Shown: positions 1 through 10,248 of the stretch, one piece after another | How positions within the stretch are numbered: position 1 is the first letter of the stretch | Layout of the letters: each line of letters begins with the position of its first letter | NCBI GenBank assembly: GCA_965203905.1 | Contig: CBDBDQ010000005.1 | Location: forward strand, 1,216,001-1,280,000 | DNA: 64,000 nt | Direction of reading: 5' to 3' | DNA from: Spirochaetia bacterium | Lineage (GTDB): Bacteria; Spirochaetota; Spirochaetia; SZUA-6; Bin103 | Notes under the pieces: generated by a model | Databases searched by the model: none | What the model was told of the DNA's origin: nothing | What the model saw: only the letters and a program-made list of their open reading frames with translations | Program-made: the position numbers and the translations under genes

Positions 1-122
1 GGGCGAAGATCAACGCAGAGTCACCGGCCCGCTGCCGATGGTTCAGCAACTCAAGTGCCCTGGTGCTCGGCCGGTCGGGCCGGTCGGGGAACGGCGGTCG
101 CAAGTGCACCCCGCGGTGTCCT

Positions 123-330
123 GCAGCGCTACGCAGCAGCCCTGGTAGCGTTACAAACCGCAAGCGACCTCGACCCCGGCAACGTGGACGTCCGGATCAA
201 CCAGGGGCTCGTGCTCCATCACCTGGGCCGAACCGACGAAGCGCTGCAAAGCCTGGACCGGGCGCTCACAATGGCCCCGAACCTGCAACGGGCAAATGAC
301 GCCCGCGCGCAAGTCGTTCACCAGGGGGAT
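123..330 (+). pseudogene. C-terminal TPR fragment, paralogous to the end of the TMTC-like gene at 47605-49317
   Basis: QRYAAALVALQTASDLDPGNVDVRINQGLVLHHLGRTDEALQSLDRAL aligns with QRYEAALAALQTATEINPANVDVWINHGLALHHLGRSDEALQSLDRAL (49111-49310); no matching upstream domain. Confidence 0.6.
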
Positions 331-399
331 ACCGACGCGCCGTGGTCGGAAATCGCACGCACACGGCCGTGGCGCCCGCGGCGCCGGCGTGCTCATGGG

Positions 400-1950
400 T
401 CAGCCGTCGGCCACCTCGAAGGCGGTGACGTTGCGCGTCTTGCGGCTGAACTCCACGCCGATCAGGTGGATCGGCTCCCCCCGGCCTCGGTACTTGGCCG
501 CGTAGTCCCGCTCCTGCAACTGCGCCAGCGCCGACCCCGGTGGCGCCATCTCCGCCACCTTGAACTCGAACAGGTACACGTGCCCGCCGGCGCGCACCGC
601 CATGTCCAGCCGCCCGTGGCTGCTCGACTCCTCGACCGCGATCTCGTAGCCCAGCGCCGCAAAGTACGAGTAGAACACGCTCGCATAGAAGCCCTCGTAA
701 TTCGCTATGTCGTTGCTTGTGTACCACTGGTAGGGAATGCTCGCGAAGAATGCCTGGAACAGTTCCTCCAGCCCGGCGCAGTCGTGCTCCGCAAGCAGGC
801 GCGCCAGGCGCATGCTGTTCGCCATCTGCCGCTCCGCATCCTGCACCAGATGGCGCAGCAGGTGATCGTTCAGACTCTGGCGCACCTCCCGGTTCGGATA
901 GCCCAGCCGGTACAGCGCCATGCCACCCAGCCGCTCCTCCCCCGTGATCGTCAGGTAGCCGGTCTGGAACAGCAGCGCCTCGGTGCCGATGTGATGCACG
1001 TCGAACGACGACAGCAGCGCCTCGGTGCTCACCGTCCGGTCCAGTGACACCGACGCGATGCGGCGCTCGAACAGCGTGTCCACCAGAAACGCCGGCGTAC
1101 CCGTCTCGAACCAGTGCGCGGCGAACTCCCGGCGGTCGAACAGCAAGAGCAGGTCGTACGGATTGTACACCTTGGTCTCGCCGCGCCACCGGTAGCCGTT
1201 GTACCACTCACGCACCTGCTCTCGGTCCAGTCCGTCAAGTTCCGGGGCGAACACCGTGTCGAGGTCATCCTCGGTGTAGCCGCAGATCGACGAGTAGCGA
1301 CGGTGCAGGGTGAGGTCGGTGAGGTTGTTCAGTTGCGAGAAGAGGTTACCCTTCGAGAACTTGCTGATGCCGGTCAGGAAGGTGAACTGCACGTGCGCGT
1401 CGCAGTCCTTGATCACCCCGTACAGGCCGCGCAGGTAGTCGCGGTTGGCGCGCGCCACCTCCGGCGCCTCCACCAGCGCGTCCAGGATCGGCTTGTCGTA
1501 CTCGTCCACCAGCACTGCCACGCGCTTTCCCGTCTGCCCGTGCAGCGCCTCCAGCAGATACGCGAACCGGCCCGCCGCCGTCAGGTACTCGGTTACCAGC
1601 CCGGCCCGCCGCTCGGCGGCCGCGAGCTGCTCCATCACGTTTGCCTCCAGAGTTCCACGCTCCATGAAGGTGCCGCCGCCGAAGCTCAGCCGCACCACCG
1701 GGTGCCGCTGCGACCAGTCGTGCCGGTCGTGGATGTGCAACCCCTCGAACAGCTCCTCGTTGCCCTCGAAGAACTCCTTCAGCGTGTCCAGAAACAGACT
1801 CTTGCCGAACCGCCGCGGCCGCGACAGGAAATAGTGCTTGCCTTCGCGGAGCAGCCGTTCGACGTACGGCGTCTTGTCCACGTAGTAGCAGTCCTCTTCC
1901 CGCAGCTCGCGGAAAGTCTGGATGCCGAGCGGCAGCCGGCGCCTGGTCAT
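400..1950 (-). CDS. AAA-ATPase-like protein with C-terminal PD-(D/E)XK nuclease (PDDEXK_9 type)
   Basis: RLPLGIQTF..YYVDKT start, Walker A SRPRRFGKS, Walker B VLVDEYDKP, C-terminal GRLDM..FEFK..LAQLQERDYA. Confidence 0.9.
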   Translation of the reverse strand: MTRRRLPLGIQTFRELREEDCYYVDKTPYVERLLREGKHYFLSRPRRFGKSLFLDTLKEFFEGNEELFEGLHIHDRHDWSQRHPVVRLSFGGGTFMERGTLEANVMEQLAAAERRAGLVTEYLTAAGRFAYLLEALHGQTGKRVAVLVDEYDKPILDALVEAPEVARANRDYLRGLYGVIKDCDAHVQFTFLTGISKFSKGNLFSQLNNLTDLTLHRRYSSICGYTEDDLDTVFAPELDGLDREQVREWYNGYRWRGETKVYNPYDLLLLFDRREFAAHWFETGTPAFLVDTLFERRIASVSLDRTVSTEALLSSFDVHHIGTEALLFQTGYLTITGEERLGGMALYRLGYPNREVRQSLNDHLLRHLVQDAERQMANSMRLARLLAEHDCAGLEELFQAFFASIPYQWYTSNDIANYEGFYASVFYSYFAALGYEIAVEESSSHGRLDMAVRAGGHVYLFEFKVAEMAPPGSALAQLQERDYAAKYRGRGEPIHLIGVEFSRKTRNVTAFEVADG

Positions 1951-2158
1951 GGACTACTGATTTTCGCAGTAGAGAAGGGCGACGTTCGCAGGGCGATAAA
2001 CGGCTCCATGCTTCCGCAACCGCTCGGGTTGACGCGCTGAGCGGCCATCAACACCCGAGAGCGTCGCCGACAAAGGGCTTCCCGTATTGTCCCCACATCG
2101 GCGCGAGTCTGCACGGCAAGAGGATGGTCCGGATCAAGTTGCTCGGACCGTTGTTCAG

Positions 2159-2557
2159 TCATCGTCGTGTTCCGGGTAGCCTGGCTTCGAGTTCGGCGAT
2201 CCGGGCCTCCGCCTCCTGCCGTGGCTGCCGTTCGCGCTGGCGTCCCTGCTCGGCCTGCTGCCATCTCCGTTCCGCCCGCTCCCGCGCCTGACGTTCCCGC
2301 TGCCGCGCTTCGCGGTGCTCGGTGAGCGACAGCAGGTCGTCGCCCGCCACCGGATCGTGGAAGCGAAAGCCCCGCTCCGTCATCCGTAACTCCAGCCCGA
2401 GCACCCTGCTGTACAGCGCCTGCCTGCCCTCTGCCGACCCACGTTCCGTAATCCGGCGGTACCTGCCTCCTGCGAGGCGCAACCCCTGCAGCCGCGGCTG
2501 CAGACTGTCGTCGGTCAGATTGCCGTCGGTCGGATCGTACTGCCAGTACTCGGACAC
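2159..2557 (-). pseudogene. Uma2-family endonuclease, 3' half only
   Basis: EYWQYDPT..LQGLRL..SRVLGLELR..coiled-coil AEARIAELEARL matches the C-terminal half of 21731-22549; it is joined directly to the Uma2 promoter/RBS module. Confidence 0.75.
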
Positions 2558-2558
2558 T

Positions 2559-2599
2559 ACGCTGCCTCCTGACCACGCCAGCATACCATGCGCCGGCCG
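2559..2599 (-). promoter_or_regulatory. Uma2 promoter/RBS module (TGgTATGCT extended -10, AGGAGG RBS)
   Basis: 41 bp identical to 5401-5441 and similar to 22551-22590, upstream of the intact Uma2 ATG. Confidence 0.6.
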
Positions 2600-2950
2600 C
2601 CACGAGAATCGTACCGCGGCCGGCGCCACCGGGCAGGTGCTTGAAGATGTTGGGCACGGTGGCCAGCCCGAGCACAGCGCCGCGCAGTTCTCCGGCAAGC
2701 GTGGGCGCCAGCATCTGCGCCGACGCTGGCCGACGCCTCGCACCCGGACGAATTGGTGCAGGTCAGCGGGACCGCCACGCGGATGCTACCGAACCGGGAA
2801 CTCTACGCCGGCGGGTGCGAGAACGCGAGAGTGCGAGAAGGGAGCGCGTCACTGTGTGGGGTACTGCCGCTGTCGTCGCCGCCCGTGAGCATCAGCACGA
2901 TGCGATTCGACAGCGTCCAGAGAGGTCACCAACGCTGCCGGTTTACCACC

Positions 2951-3602
2951 TCACGTTGGCCGGGTTGCGCTCTGATTGGTGCGGCCGAAGCTACGCGGCC
3001 GAAAGCCCTCCCGGTTGGTGATGCTGGCGCTGCTGCCGGTCGCTCTGATGACATACAGCCCCTGGCGCTCCGCGTACACGTCCGCCTTTTCATCCGCCTT
3101 CAGGTATGCCACCGCCCCGTAGGTCCGCTTGCCCCGGCTAGACCGCCGGCGCCTCTTCCGGGAACACCTTCAGCGTCTCGATGAAGTCCGCAACCTGCCT
3201 CACCTTGAGGGTGGTCTTCACCTCCACTGCCACCACCTCGTCGCCGTTGGCGGCAATGATGTCGATCTCCCAGCGCGGCGCGCCGTTTCTGCTCTTCAGG
3301 TTGCACACCGTGTGGTCGACCTCGATGCCGCGCTGGCTGAGCAACTTGACCAGGTCGCCTTCCACCAGGGCTTCCATCAGCTTGCCCCACTGACCGTTGA
3401 ACAGCTCGTCCAGCTTCCGCAGGCGTTCATCGGTTTCCTGCATGCGGCCGTCGGTCTCCGGCATGCGGCGGTCGGTCTCCTGCATGCGGCGGTCGGTCTC
3501 CTGCATGCGGCGGTCGGTCTCGCGCTGGCTGGCCGCGACCTCGTGCAGGATTGCCCAGATCTCCTCGGCGGTGGCGCCGTTGGGATGCCCGTTGTCAGCC
3601 AT
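2951..3602 (-). pseudogene. Coiled-coil PD-(D/E)XK protein (DUF3782-like) with a 1-nt frameshift near 3138
   Basis: ETDRRMQ heptad repeats, WGKLMEALVE, EIDIIA..VEVKTTL; after the TAG a shifted frame reads RGKRTYGAVAYLKADEKADVYAERQGLYVIRATGSSASITN to TGA at 2951. Confidence 0.75.
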
Positions 3603-3649
3603 GGAAGTGCCTCAAAGGAGAGTATAGCACTGCCGGCAGCCAGCCTGCC

Positions 3650-4574
3650 GCTCGGAGTTGCCGCGATCGCCGAGGAAGAGAACGTGGTCGCGTTCTACGG
3701 CGACTCGACCGGGTTCGCGCTGCTGTCCGCGTCGGAGGTCAACGAGCGCTACCGGATTCTGATGGGCGGCTCCTCAATGGCTACCGCACTCGCCGATCCG
3801 GTCGAGTATCCGTACCAGTTTCTGACCGGACCCACGTACGCCGAGATGATGGTCCTGCTGCTGGAGTACATCGCGGAACAGGGTGGCGAGGATGGCGCGG
3901 CGCCGCGCGTGGCGCTGTTCTACTCCAACCTGGAGGCAGGCCGGGATCCGATCCCGGCGGCGAAGGAACGGGCGGCGGAACTCGGGATCGAGATTGTCGC
4001 GGAGATCGAGACCCCGCCGGCTGGCATCGATGTGGCACCGGATGTGCTGAAGCTGCGCCGTGCGCGCCCGGACTACGTCATATTCCACGGCTACGTGGTC
4101 ACCGTCTGGCCGGAAGTGATGACGCAGGCGGTACAGTCTGGCGTGGATGCCATGTTCATGGGCACGTTCTGGGCGATGGAGCCGCTGATCATACAGCAGC
4201 TCGGGCCGCTCGCGGACCGCTACATGGGCGTGTTCCCCTACCGCTACTACTGGGAGCAGGAGGAGTCGGCGACGCTGCGGCTGATGAAGCAGGTGACCAG
4301 GCAGGAGTACCTGCCGACCTACGCGTTGCAGGGGTGGTTCTCGGGGATGATCCTCACCGAGGTGATCAAGCGCACGCTGGACGCTGGGCTGGCGCTTACC
4401 GGCGACAACCTCAAGGCGACGCTGGACGCGATCGAGGATTGGGACACCGGCGGCCTGATTGGCGTACCGGTGAGCTTCAAGAACAACTCGATACCAGTGG
4501 GGAGAATCTACCGGGGCAACTCGGCGACTGGGCGCATGGACCCGGTGTCGGACTGGATTCGGCTCGACGACTGA
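3650..4574 (+). pseudogene. Branched-chain amino acid-type ABC substrate-binding protein, N-terminally truncated
   Basis: ENVVAFYGDSTG, YPYQFLTGPTY, GRDPIPAAK, PDYVIFHGY, WDTGGL fit a type 1 periplasmic binding fold; no signal peptide or N-terminus present. Confidence 0.7.
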
Positions 4575-4663
4575 CGTCCGGATCGCATGCTGGGGACTGC
4601 GGCGTGCCCCGGTACGGTCAGATGCGGTGAGACACCTGCAGCGTGCTACGACTCGTCGCTGCT

Positions 4664-5332
4664 TCAGTCGGCGTCTTCGGGCTCCACTACCTCGATCCCG
4701 ATTTGCCGCAACTCCTCCGCGCGCCGACTATGGATCGAGCCGGCGGCCAGGATCATCCGCGCCGGCTCTACCCCGGTCTCCATCGTGTACAACCGCCGCT
4801 TTCGTTCCAGGCGTTGCGCGATCGACGGCCCCACACTGGCGGCGATTTCTACCAGTAGATGCTGCCCGTCGAAGATCAGGAGGTCGAATTGCTCGCCGGC
4901 GATGGTGCGCTGTTCGACGCTGACGCCAAACGATTCCTCCAAGACTGCCGCCATCGTCTGGCGAAACAGGCTCTCGTTGCGGATTCCCCAGCGCGCGCCA
5001 AGCCGATCTATGGCACGACGCAGTTCGTCGAATCCGGCCTCCACCTTGGTCTCGAGATTCGTCAGCCTGGTCTTGAGTCCCGCCACGTCGGTCTTGAGTC
5101 CCGCCACGTCGGTCTTGGTTCCCGCCACGTCGGTCTTGGTTCCCGCCACGTCGGCCTTGATTTCCGCCACGTCCTTCTCGATGCGGTCCAGTCGCGCCGG
5201 CATGCCAAGAAACTCGTTGGTCAGGAGGGCGCGCAGCAACAGCCGCTGAGCGTCCGGGTTGGCCCGCAACTCCGCGATTATCCGCGCTACCAGGGATTCC
5301 GGATCAAGTTGTTCGGACAGTTGCGCGTTCAT
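4664..5332 (-). CDS. Coiled-coil PD-(D/E)XK-like protein (DUF3782 family)
   Basis: KTDVAG(T/L) heptad repeats followed by LGARWGIRNESLFR and QFDLLI..LVEI. Confidence 0.7.
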   Translation of the reverse strand: MNAQLSEQLDPESLVARIIAELRANPDAQRLLLRALLTNEFLGMPARLDRIEKDVAEIKADVAGTKTDVAGTKTDVAGLKTDVAGLKTRLTNLETKVEAGFDELRRAIDRLGARWGIRNESLFRQTMAAVLEESFGVSVEQRTIAGEQFDLLIFDGQHLLVEIAASVGPSIAQRLERKRRLYTMETGVEPARMILAAGSIHSRRAEELRQIGIEVVEPEDAD

Positions 5333-5464
5333 CGTCGTGTTCCGGGTTGCGATCGAAGCAACCTATCCTGTCCCTGCAAGCGCATACCGAGCTTGCCATG
5401 ACGCTGCCTCCTGACCACGCCAGCATACCATGCGCCGGCCGGCTGATGGCGTCGCTTACCAGTC

Positions 5465-5812
5465 TTACTCGCCGCCGTCCGGGAGACTGAACTCCTCCAC
5501 CTGGAGCTGCGCCGGGAATCCGGGGCCGTGCGCCGCCCGCACCACCCGCCCGCGAACGGCCACCCGGCGCTGCTGCAGGTGCCACAGCGCGGGAGCATGC
5601 TCGCCGACCAACTCGTAGTGCTCCTCGGCGCCCACCAGCACCAGCATGACGTGCGGGTCGGAGCCGGTCACCGTTACCCTCCCGCTGATCTCGACCACGT
5701 CATCCCCGCTGCCCTCCGGCACCCGCTCCGGCTCGGGCCGGTCGCCGGACGAGGCGCAGGCCAGCACCACCCCGGCGACCAGGACAACCGCGATCCCGGT
5801 TCGCAACCTCAT
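5465..5812 (-). CDS. Small putative lipoprotein (OB-fold-like)
   Basis: MRLRTGIAVVLVAGVVLAC lipobox; TATGCT 6 nt upstream of the ATG; the longer ORF 5465-7141 is antisense shadow. Confidence 0.6.
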   Translation of the reverse strand: MRLRTGIAVVLVAGVVLACASSGDRPEPERVPEGSGDDVVEISGRVTVTGSDPHVMLVLVGAEEHYELVGEHAPALWHLQQRRVAVRGRVVRAAHGPGFPAQLQVEEFSLPDGGE

Positions 5813-5965
5813 GGCGAGAGCATACCGGTGACCCCGTTCATTGATCGAGCTTGCGCCAGCGGCGAGCTTGACGGGTGCAACGAAATGAGCCACCAATTCC
5901 CTCCTTGTCCCCCATTTGGGGGACCCGACCGACCCGACCCGGCGCACGTACCAAGGAGAGCGACA

Positions 5966-8944
5966 ATGAAATCCAAGCGACCCGGCGAAACGCAACGAGC
6001 ACTTGGACTGCTTGTCCCGGCGCGTTCTGGCCCACGTGATTGCTGGATTGGCGCGCTCCTGGGCGCACTGCTGGTGCTGAGCGGCTGCCAGCAAGGGCCG
6101 GGTACGCCACCCGCGCGCGCAGACGACCATGGGGACAGTCCGGCGACGGCGACGCGGTTGGGGGATGGCGACCGGGTACGAACGAACCGGCTGGTGGCAG
6201 CGACCGCCGACGACATTCTGTCGGTGGAGTTCCGCACCGAAGGAACTCTGACGGAAGGCGACTTCGACTACTTCGTGCTGACGGTAGGCCACGCCGGAAC
6301 CCTGACCGCGCGCACCTCCGGCAGTACCGACACCTACGGGTACCTGGAAGCACGCACCGACCATCACCGCCGCACCGTGTTGGACGAAGACGACAACAGC
6401 GGGGGAGGTGGGAACTTTCGGGTGACTGCCCGGGTAACCCCCGGCATCTACTACATCGGAGTGATGGGCTCCAGCATCACCACGACCGGGTTCTACGAGC
6501 TGTGGGTGAGGTTCAGCGCAACCGCAACGCTGCCGACGTCGGGAACCAAGATGTACTGGACCGACAGCGCAACCGACAAGATACAGCGGGCCAACCTGGA
6601 CGGCTCTCACGTCGAAGATCTCGTAACCGGCCTTGATCTCCCGCTTGGAATCGCCGTTCACAACGACAAGGTGTACTGGACTGACTACGACACGGACAAG
6701 ATACAGCGCGCCAACCTGGACGGCTCCTCCGTCGAAGACCTCGTTAGCGGCCTTGGAAACCCCGAGGGAATCACCATTTACAACGACAAGATGTATTGGA
6801 CTGACCAAGCCACGAACAAGATACAGCGGGCCAACCTGGACGGCTCCTCGGTCGAAGACCTGGTCAGCGGCCTTGCGAACCCCGATGGAATCGCCATTCA
6901 CAACCACAAGGTGTATTGGACTGACGTCGTAACAGACAAGATACAGCGCGCCAACCTGGACGGCTCTCACGTCGAAGATCTGGTTGACGGCCTGGAGCGG
7001 CCGGAAGGAATCGCCATTCACAACGACAAGATGTATTGGACCGACCTCGGCACGGAGAAGATACAGCGGGCCAATCTTGATGGTTCCGATATCGAAGACC
7101 TGGTTACCGGCCTGGCAAGCCCCGATGGAATCGTCATCCACAACGGCAAGATGTACTGGACCGACTTCGGCACGGAAAAGATACAGCGGTCAGACCTTGA
7201 TGGCTCCTATGTCGAAGATCTCGTGACCGACCTGGAAGCACCCAGAGCAATCGCTATCGCGGCGTCCGGCGAGGCGCCGCCACCCGGACCGGAAGACGAC
7301 CGGGAAATCGTGAACACCTACCGTGGGCACGGCGATGAAGTGTTCCACGTCAACCCCAACGGGGAGTCGTTGGAGGACAAGCTCTACACGCTCCAACTGG
7401 GAGACGCGTTCGCCAACGTGTCGTTTGTCGTTACCAATACCAACGCCTACACCGCTCCAGTGACTATCGAGCGCCTCGACACCCCGGCGACACCAACCGA
7501 ACAACGGCCGTCGTTCCCGGAGATGGACGGTCGACTACAATCGGCGGCCGCGCGAACCGAAGTGCCGTGGCGGCAGCGTTGGATCACGGAGTCCAACAAT
7601 TACGGGCGGGTGGCGGTCGGCGGCAGCTTTAACCGCAAGCCACTACCATCGGTGAAACAAAGCGATACCCACATCTTCCTCGACATCAATGACGATGGGC
7701 AGCTTGTGCACATTCCGGCAACTGCGCGCGTGGTGGTGAACGACGGCACGACCACGCTGGTCGTATGGGTTGCCGATACCGACTGGACCACGAGTTGCCC
7801 GCAACCGCCTCCACCGACCTGCGTCGACCGTGCGATGGCCAACGCGGTGGCCGAGCGCTTCCTGCGTCCCGGCAGCGGCAACGACATCTACGACTGGGTG
7901 ACCACGATATTCGGCGAGCCGTGGGGACCGCACTCATACCACGGTCGGATTCCCGCCGAGCATGCGGAACAGATTCACATCCTCGTGTTCGACATCGGTT
8001 TCGACGGCGAAGAAGGCGGGACTGGCGGATTCTTCTGGAGCAAGGATACGGCCATTCGAGACCCTTCATCTCGTTTCAGTTCGAGAGCTTCCAACGAGCG
8101 GCTCATGTTCTACATTGACTCGTATTTCCTGGGACGTGCTGACGGACCAACCTGGGACGTGACCGACTATTCGCCGGCGCGGACGATGGGCACCTTGGCG
8201 CACGAATTCCAGCACATGATACACTACTATCAGAAACGGGTGCGGCACGCGTATGGGCCTGTGAGCGAGTCATGGCTCAACGAGATGGCGTCCGAGGTGA
8301 CCGAGGACCTGGTGGCCCACCAGCTCATGATACACGGTCCGCGCGGGGTCGCGTACGACGATCCCACGGCAGGAAGCCCGCGCAACGGGCGCGGTCGTCT
8401 TCCTCGCTACAACTTCTTCAATTTTATTCAAGTCACGAGATGGGACGGCAGTTTGGTCAACTATTCGACCAGCTACGCGCTGGGCGCGTACCTCGCCCGC
8501 AACTACGGTGGCGCCCCGCTCTTCCGCGAGATCGTGCAGAACAACAAGTCGGGGATCGGAGCCGTGGAGGCGGCGTTGCGTACCCAGGGCCATGCGCTCT
8601 CGTTTGGAGACGTGCTGGCACACTGGGGAGTCGCCAACCTGCTGTCGGACAACACCGGAGCCCCCGCTCCGTATCGATACAACTCCGGCACCTGGAGCAC
8701 CTCCCGTGTCGGCGGCGAGACCTACCGGCTGGGATCGATCAATCTGTACCACTATCGTTACTACTATGAAGAAGACGATTACGCGGACGGGCCAGTCTCT
8801 TTCTGGTTCGAAGGATTCAACGACGGTTTCTGGCAAAACCCGCACTCCAACGTGTACACGACACTGGACCGCAACACCGGTACCGTTCGCCTCCGCATGA
8901 GTGCCGACCCGGGCATCCGGATCACGGCAGTGGTCAAGGAGTGA
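5966..8944 (+). CDS. Lipoprotein: PPC-like domain + YWTD (LDL-receptor class B) beta-propeller + M30-family zinc metallopeptidase
   Basis: AAGGAG RBS then ATG 5966; LSGC lipobox; six KMYWTD..KIQRANLDGS repeats; TLAHEFQHMI and WLNEMASE peptidase motifs. Confidence 0.8.
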   Translation: MKSKRPGETQRALGLLVPARSGPRDCWIGALLGALLVLSGCQQGPGTPPARADDHGDSPATATRLGDGDRVRTNRLVAATADDILSVEFRTEGTLTEGDFDYFVLTVGHAGTLTARTSGSTDTYGYLEARTDHHRRTVLDEDDNSGGGGNFRVTARVTPGIYYIGVMGSSITTTGFYELWVRFSATATLPTSGTKMYWTDSATDKIQRANLDGSHVEDLVTGLDLPLGIAVHNDKVYWTDYDTDKIQRANLDGSSVEDLVSGLGNPEGITIYNDKMYWTDQATNKIQRANLDGSSVEDLVSGLANPDGIAIHNHKVYWTDVVTDKIQRANLDGSHVEDLVDGLERPEGIAIHNDKMYWTDLGTEKIQRANLDGSDIEDLVTGLASPDGIVIHNGKMYWTDFGTEKIQRSDLDGSYVEDLVTDLEAPRAIAIAASGEAPPPGPEDDREIVNTYRGHGDEVFHVNPNGESLEDKLYTLQLGDAFANVSFVVTNTNAYTAPVTIERLDTPATPTEQRPSFPEMDGRLQSAAARTEVPWRQRWITESNNYGRVAVGGSFNRKPLPSVKQSDTHIFLDINDDGQLVHIPATARVVVNDGTTTLVVWVADTDWTTSCPQPPPPTCVDRAMANAVAERFLRPGSGNDIYDWVTTIFGEPWGPHSYHGRIPAEHAEQIHILVFDIGFDGEEGGTGGFFWSKDTAIRDPSSRFSSRASNERLMFYIDSYFLGRADGPTWDVTDYSPARTMGTLAHEFQHMIHYYQKRVRHAYGPVSESWLNEMASEVTEDLVAHQLMIHGPRGVAYDDPTAGSPRNGRGRLPRYNFFNFIQVTRWDGSLVNYSTSYALGAYLARNYGGAPLFREIVQNNKSGIGAVEAALRTQGHALSFGDVLAHWGVANLLSDNTGAPAPYRYNSGTWSTSRVGGETYRLGSINLYHYRYYYEEDDYADGPVSFWFEGFNDGFWQNPHSNVYTTLDRNTGTVRLRMSADPGIRITAVVKE
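6547..7260 (+). repeat. Six ~120-bp intragenic YWTD repeats
   Basis: aagRtgtaYtggac recurs every 120 nt. Confidence 0.85.
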
Positions 8945-9106
8945 GGCGAACGGAAGCATGGCGTTGATCGAACCAACGGGCGAGCGAACGCGGAATCGAT
9001 CCGCTGCCGTCGCCGTTTGCTACCGGCTCCATAGGGCCGGGGTTCACCTGACGTTACCCAATGCCCGTCATCGGGACCAGGAGCACCAACCAAGTATTCG
9101 AATCAC

Positions 9107-10027
9107 TCATGAATTACAGTGCAACGATTTCTGACACCGTGGTCGAACAGTATGGCGGATTATCCCGATATAGATCAGTGCGGTCACGAACATGATTAGA
9201 CTATAGGTGGCGGCCGGCATCTCAGCTTCGCTGGCATTCGTCACAAGCCCGGCCACCGCGATCGCGAGCACCGAGTTCTGTAGACCGCATTCGATAGAGA
9301 TGGCGATACGCTGGCTACGCCCGCTAGCGAACAGCCGCGCCAGCAAATGGGCGAGCACCATCATCACAACATTGAGCACCAAAGCAATTAGCCCCGCTTG
9401 GGCGAAGTAGGCCGCCAAATGCTCGCGGTTCTCGAAGATCGCCAAGGCCACCACCAAAACGAACAGTATTACCGAGACTGTTCGAGCCGTCCGCTGGCGG
9501 CGTCTCACAAAGTTCCCAGCAAGTCTACGCGCAAGGACTCCGAGAGAAAGCGGGACGGTAACCATGAGGAAGACCCCGATCGCGGTGCGAAAGACAGAAA
9601 CGGACGTAACGTCTTGTATGGTCACGATCTGATCATTCGATAGCTCTGGAATCAGCTGATCGTGCGAAAACACTACTATGAACGGGACGGTCACCACACA
9701 GAGCAGACTGATGACCGCGGTGAGCGATATCGAGAGAGCTACGTCGCCACGCGCGAACGCCGTCAGCAGGTTTGAGGTCACGCCTCCCGGCGCCGCTGCA
9801 ATAATCATCACCCCAAGCGCAAGCGCCGGCTCAAGCCGCACAGGCCAGATGGTGACGATCAGCAAGCCGATCAGCGGCAATAGCACCACCTGTGAGAACG
9901 CTCCGACCAGAAGGTCGCGCGGCCGCTGCACCACACGACCGAAATCCGCAAGGGTTAGCCCCATGCCGAGCGTAAACATAATGATGGCAAGAGCGATCCG
10001 CAGAGCTATCTCGGTCCACGATTCCAC
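9107..10027 (-). CDS. Bile acid:sodium symporter family transporter
   Basis: IMFTLGMGLT, QVVLLP, PGGVTSN, GDVALSISLT, IECGLQNS motifs. Confidence 0.9.
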   Translation of the reverse strand: MESWTEIALRIALAIIMFTLGMGLTLADFGRVVQRPRDLLVGAFSQVVLLPLIGLLIVTIWPVRLEPALALGVMIIAAAPGGVTSNLLTAFARGDVALSISLTAVISLLCVVTVPFIVVFSHDQLIPELSNDQIVTIQDVTSVSVFRTAIGVFLMVTVPLSLGVLARRLAGNFVRRRQRTARTVSVILFVLVVALAIFENREHLAAYFAQAGLIALVLNVVMMVLAHLLARLFASGRSQRIAISIECGLQNSVLAIAVAGLVTNASEAEMPAATYSLIMFVTALIYIGIIRHTVRPRCQKSLHCNS

Positions 10028-10248
10028 ATCCTTCCCCCTTCAATCCGAAGCACCACGTCTACAAGCCCCAATTACATCGCATAGCACCCACGCCTCGCCG
10101 CAATGCACACCGTATCCAACAAACACTACCACCGACAACGTTTCTCTTACTGAACGTGAACACTACGCGCCGGGCACTCAACGAACGTTGGGATGATCGT
10201 CAAAGCACTGCAACCCGGCCGAGTGTCCGCTCGGTCCAAGAGATGACC

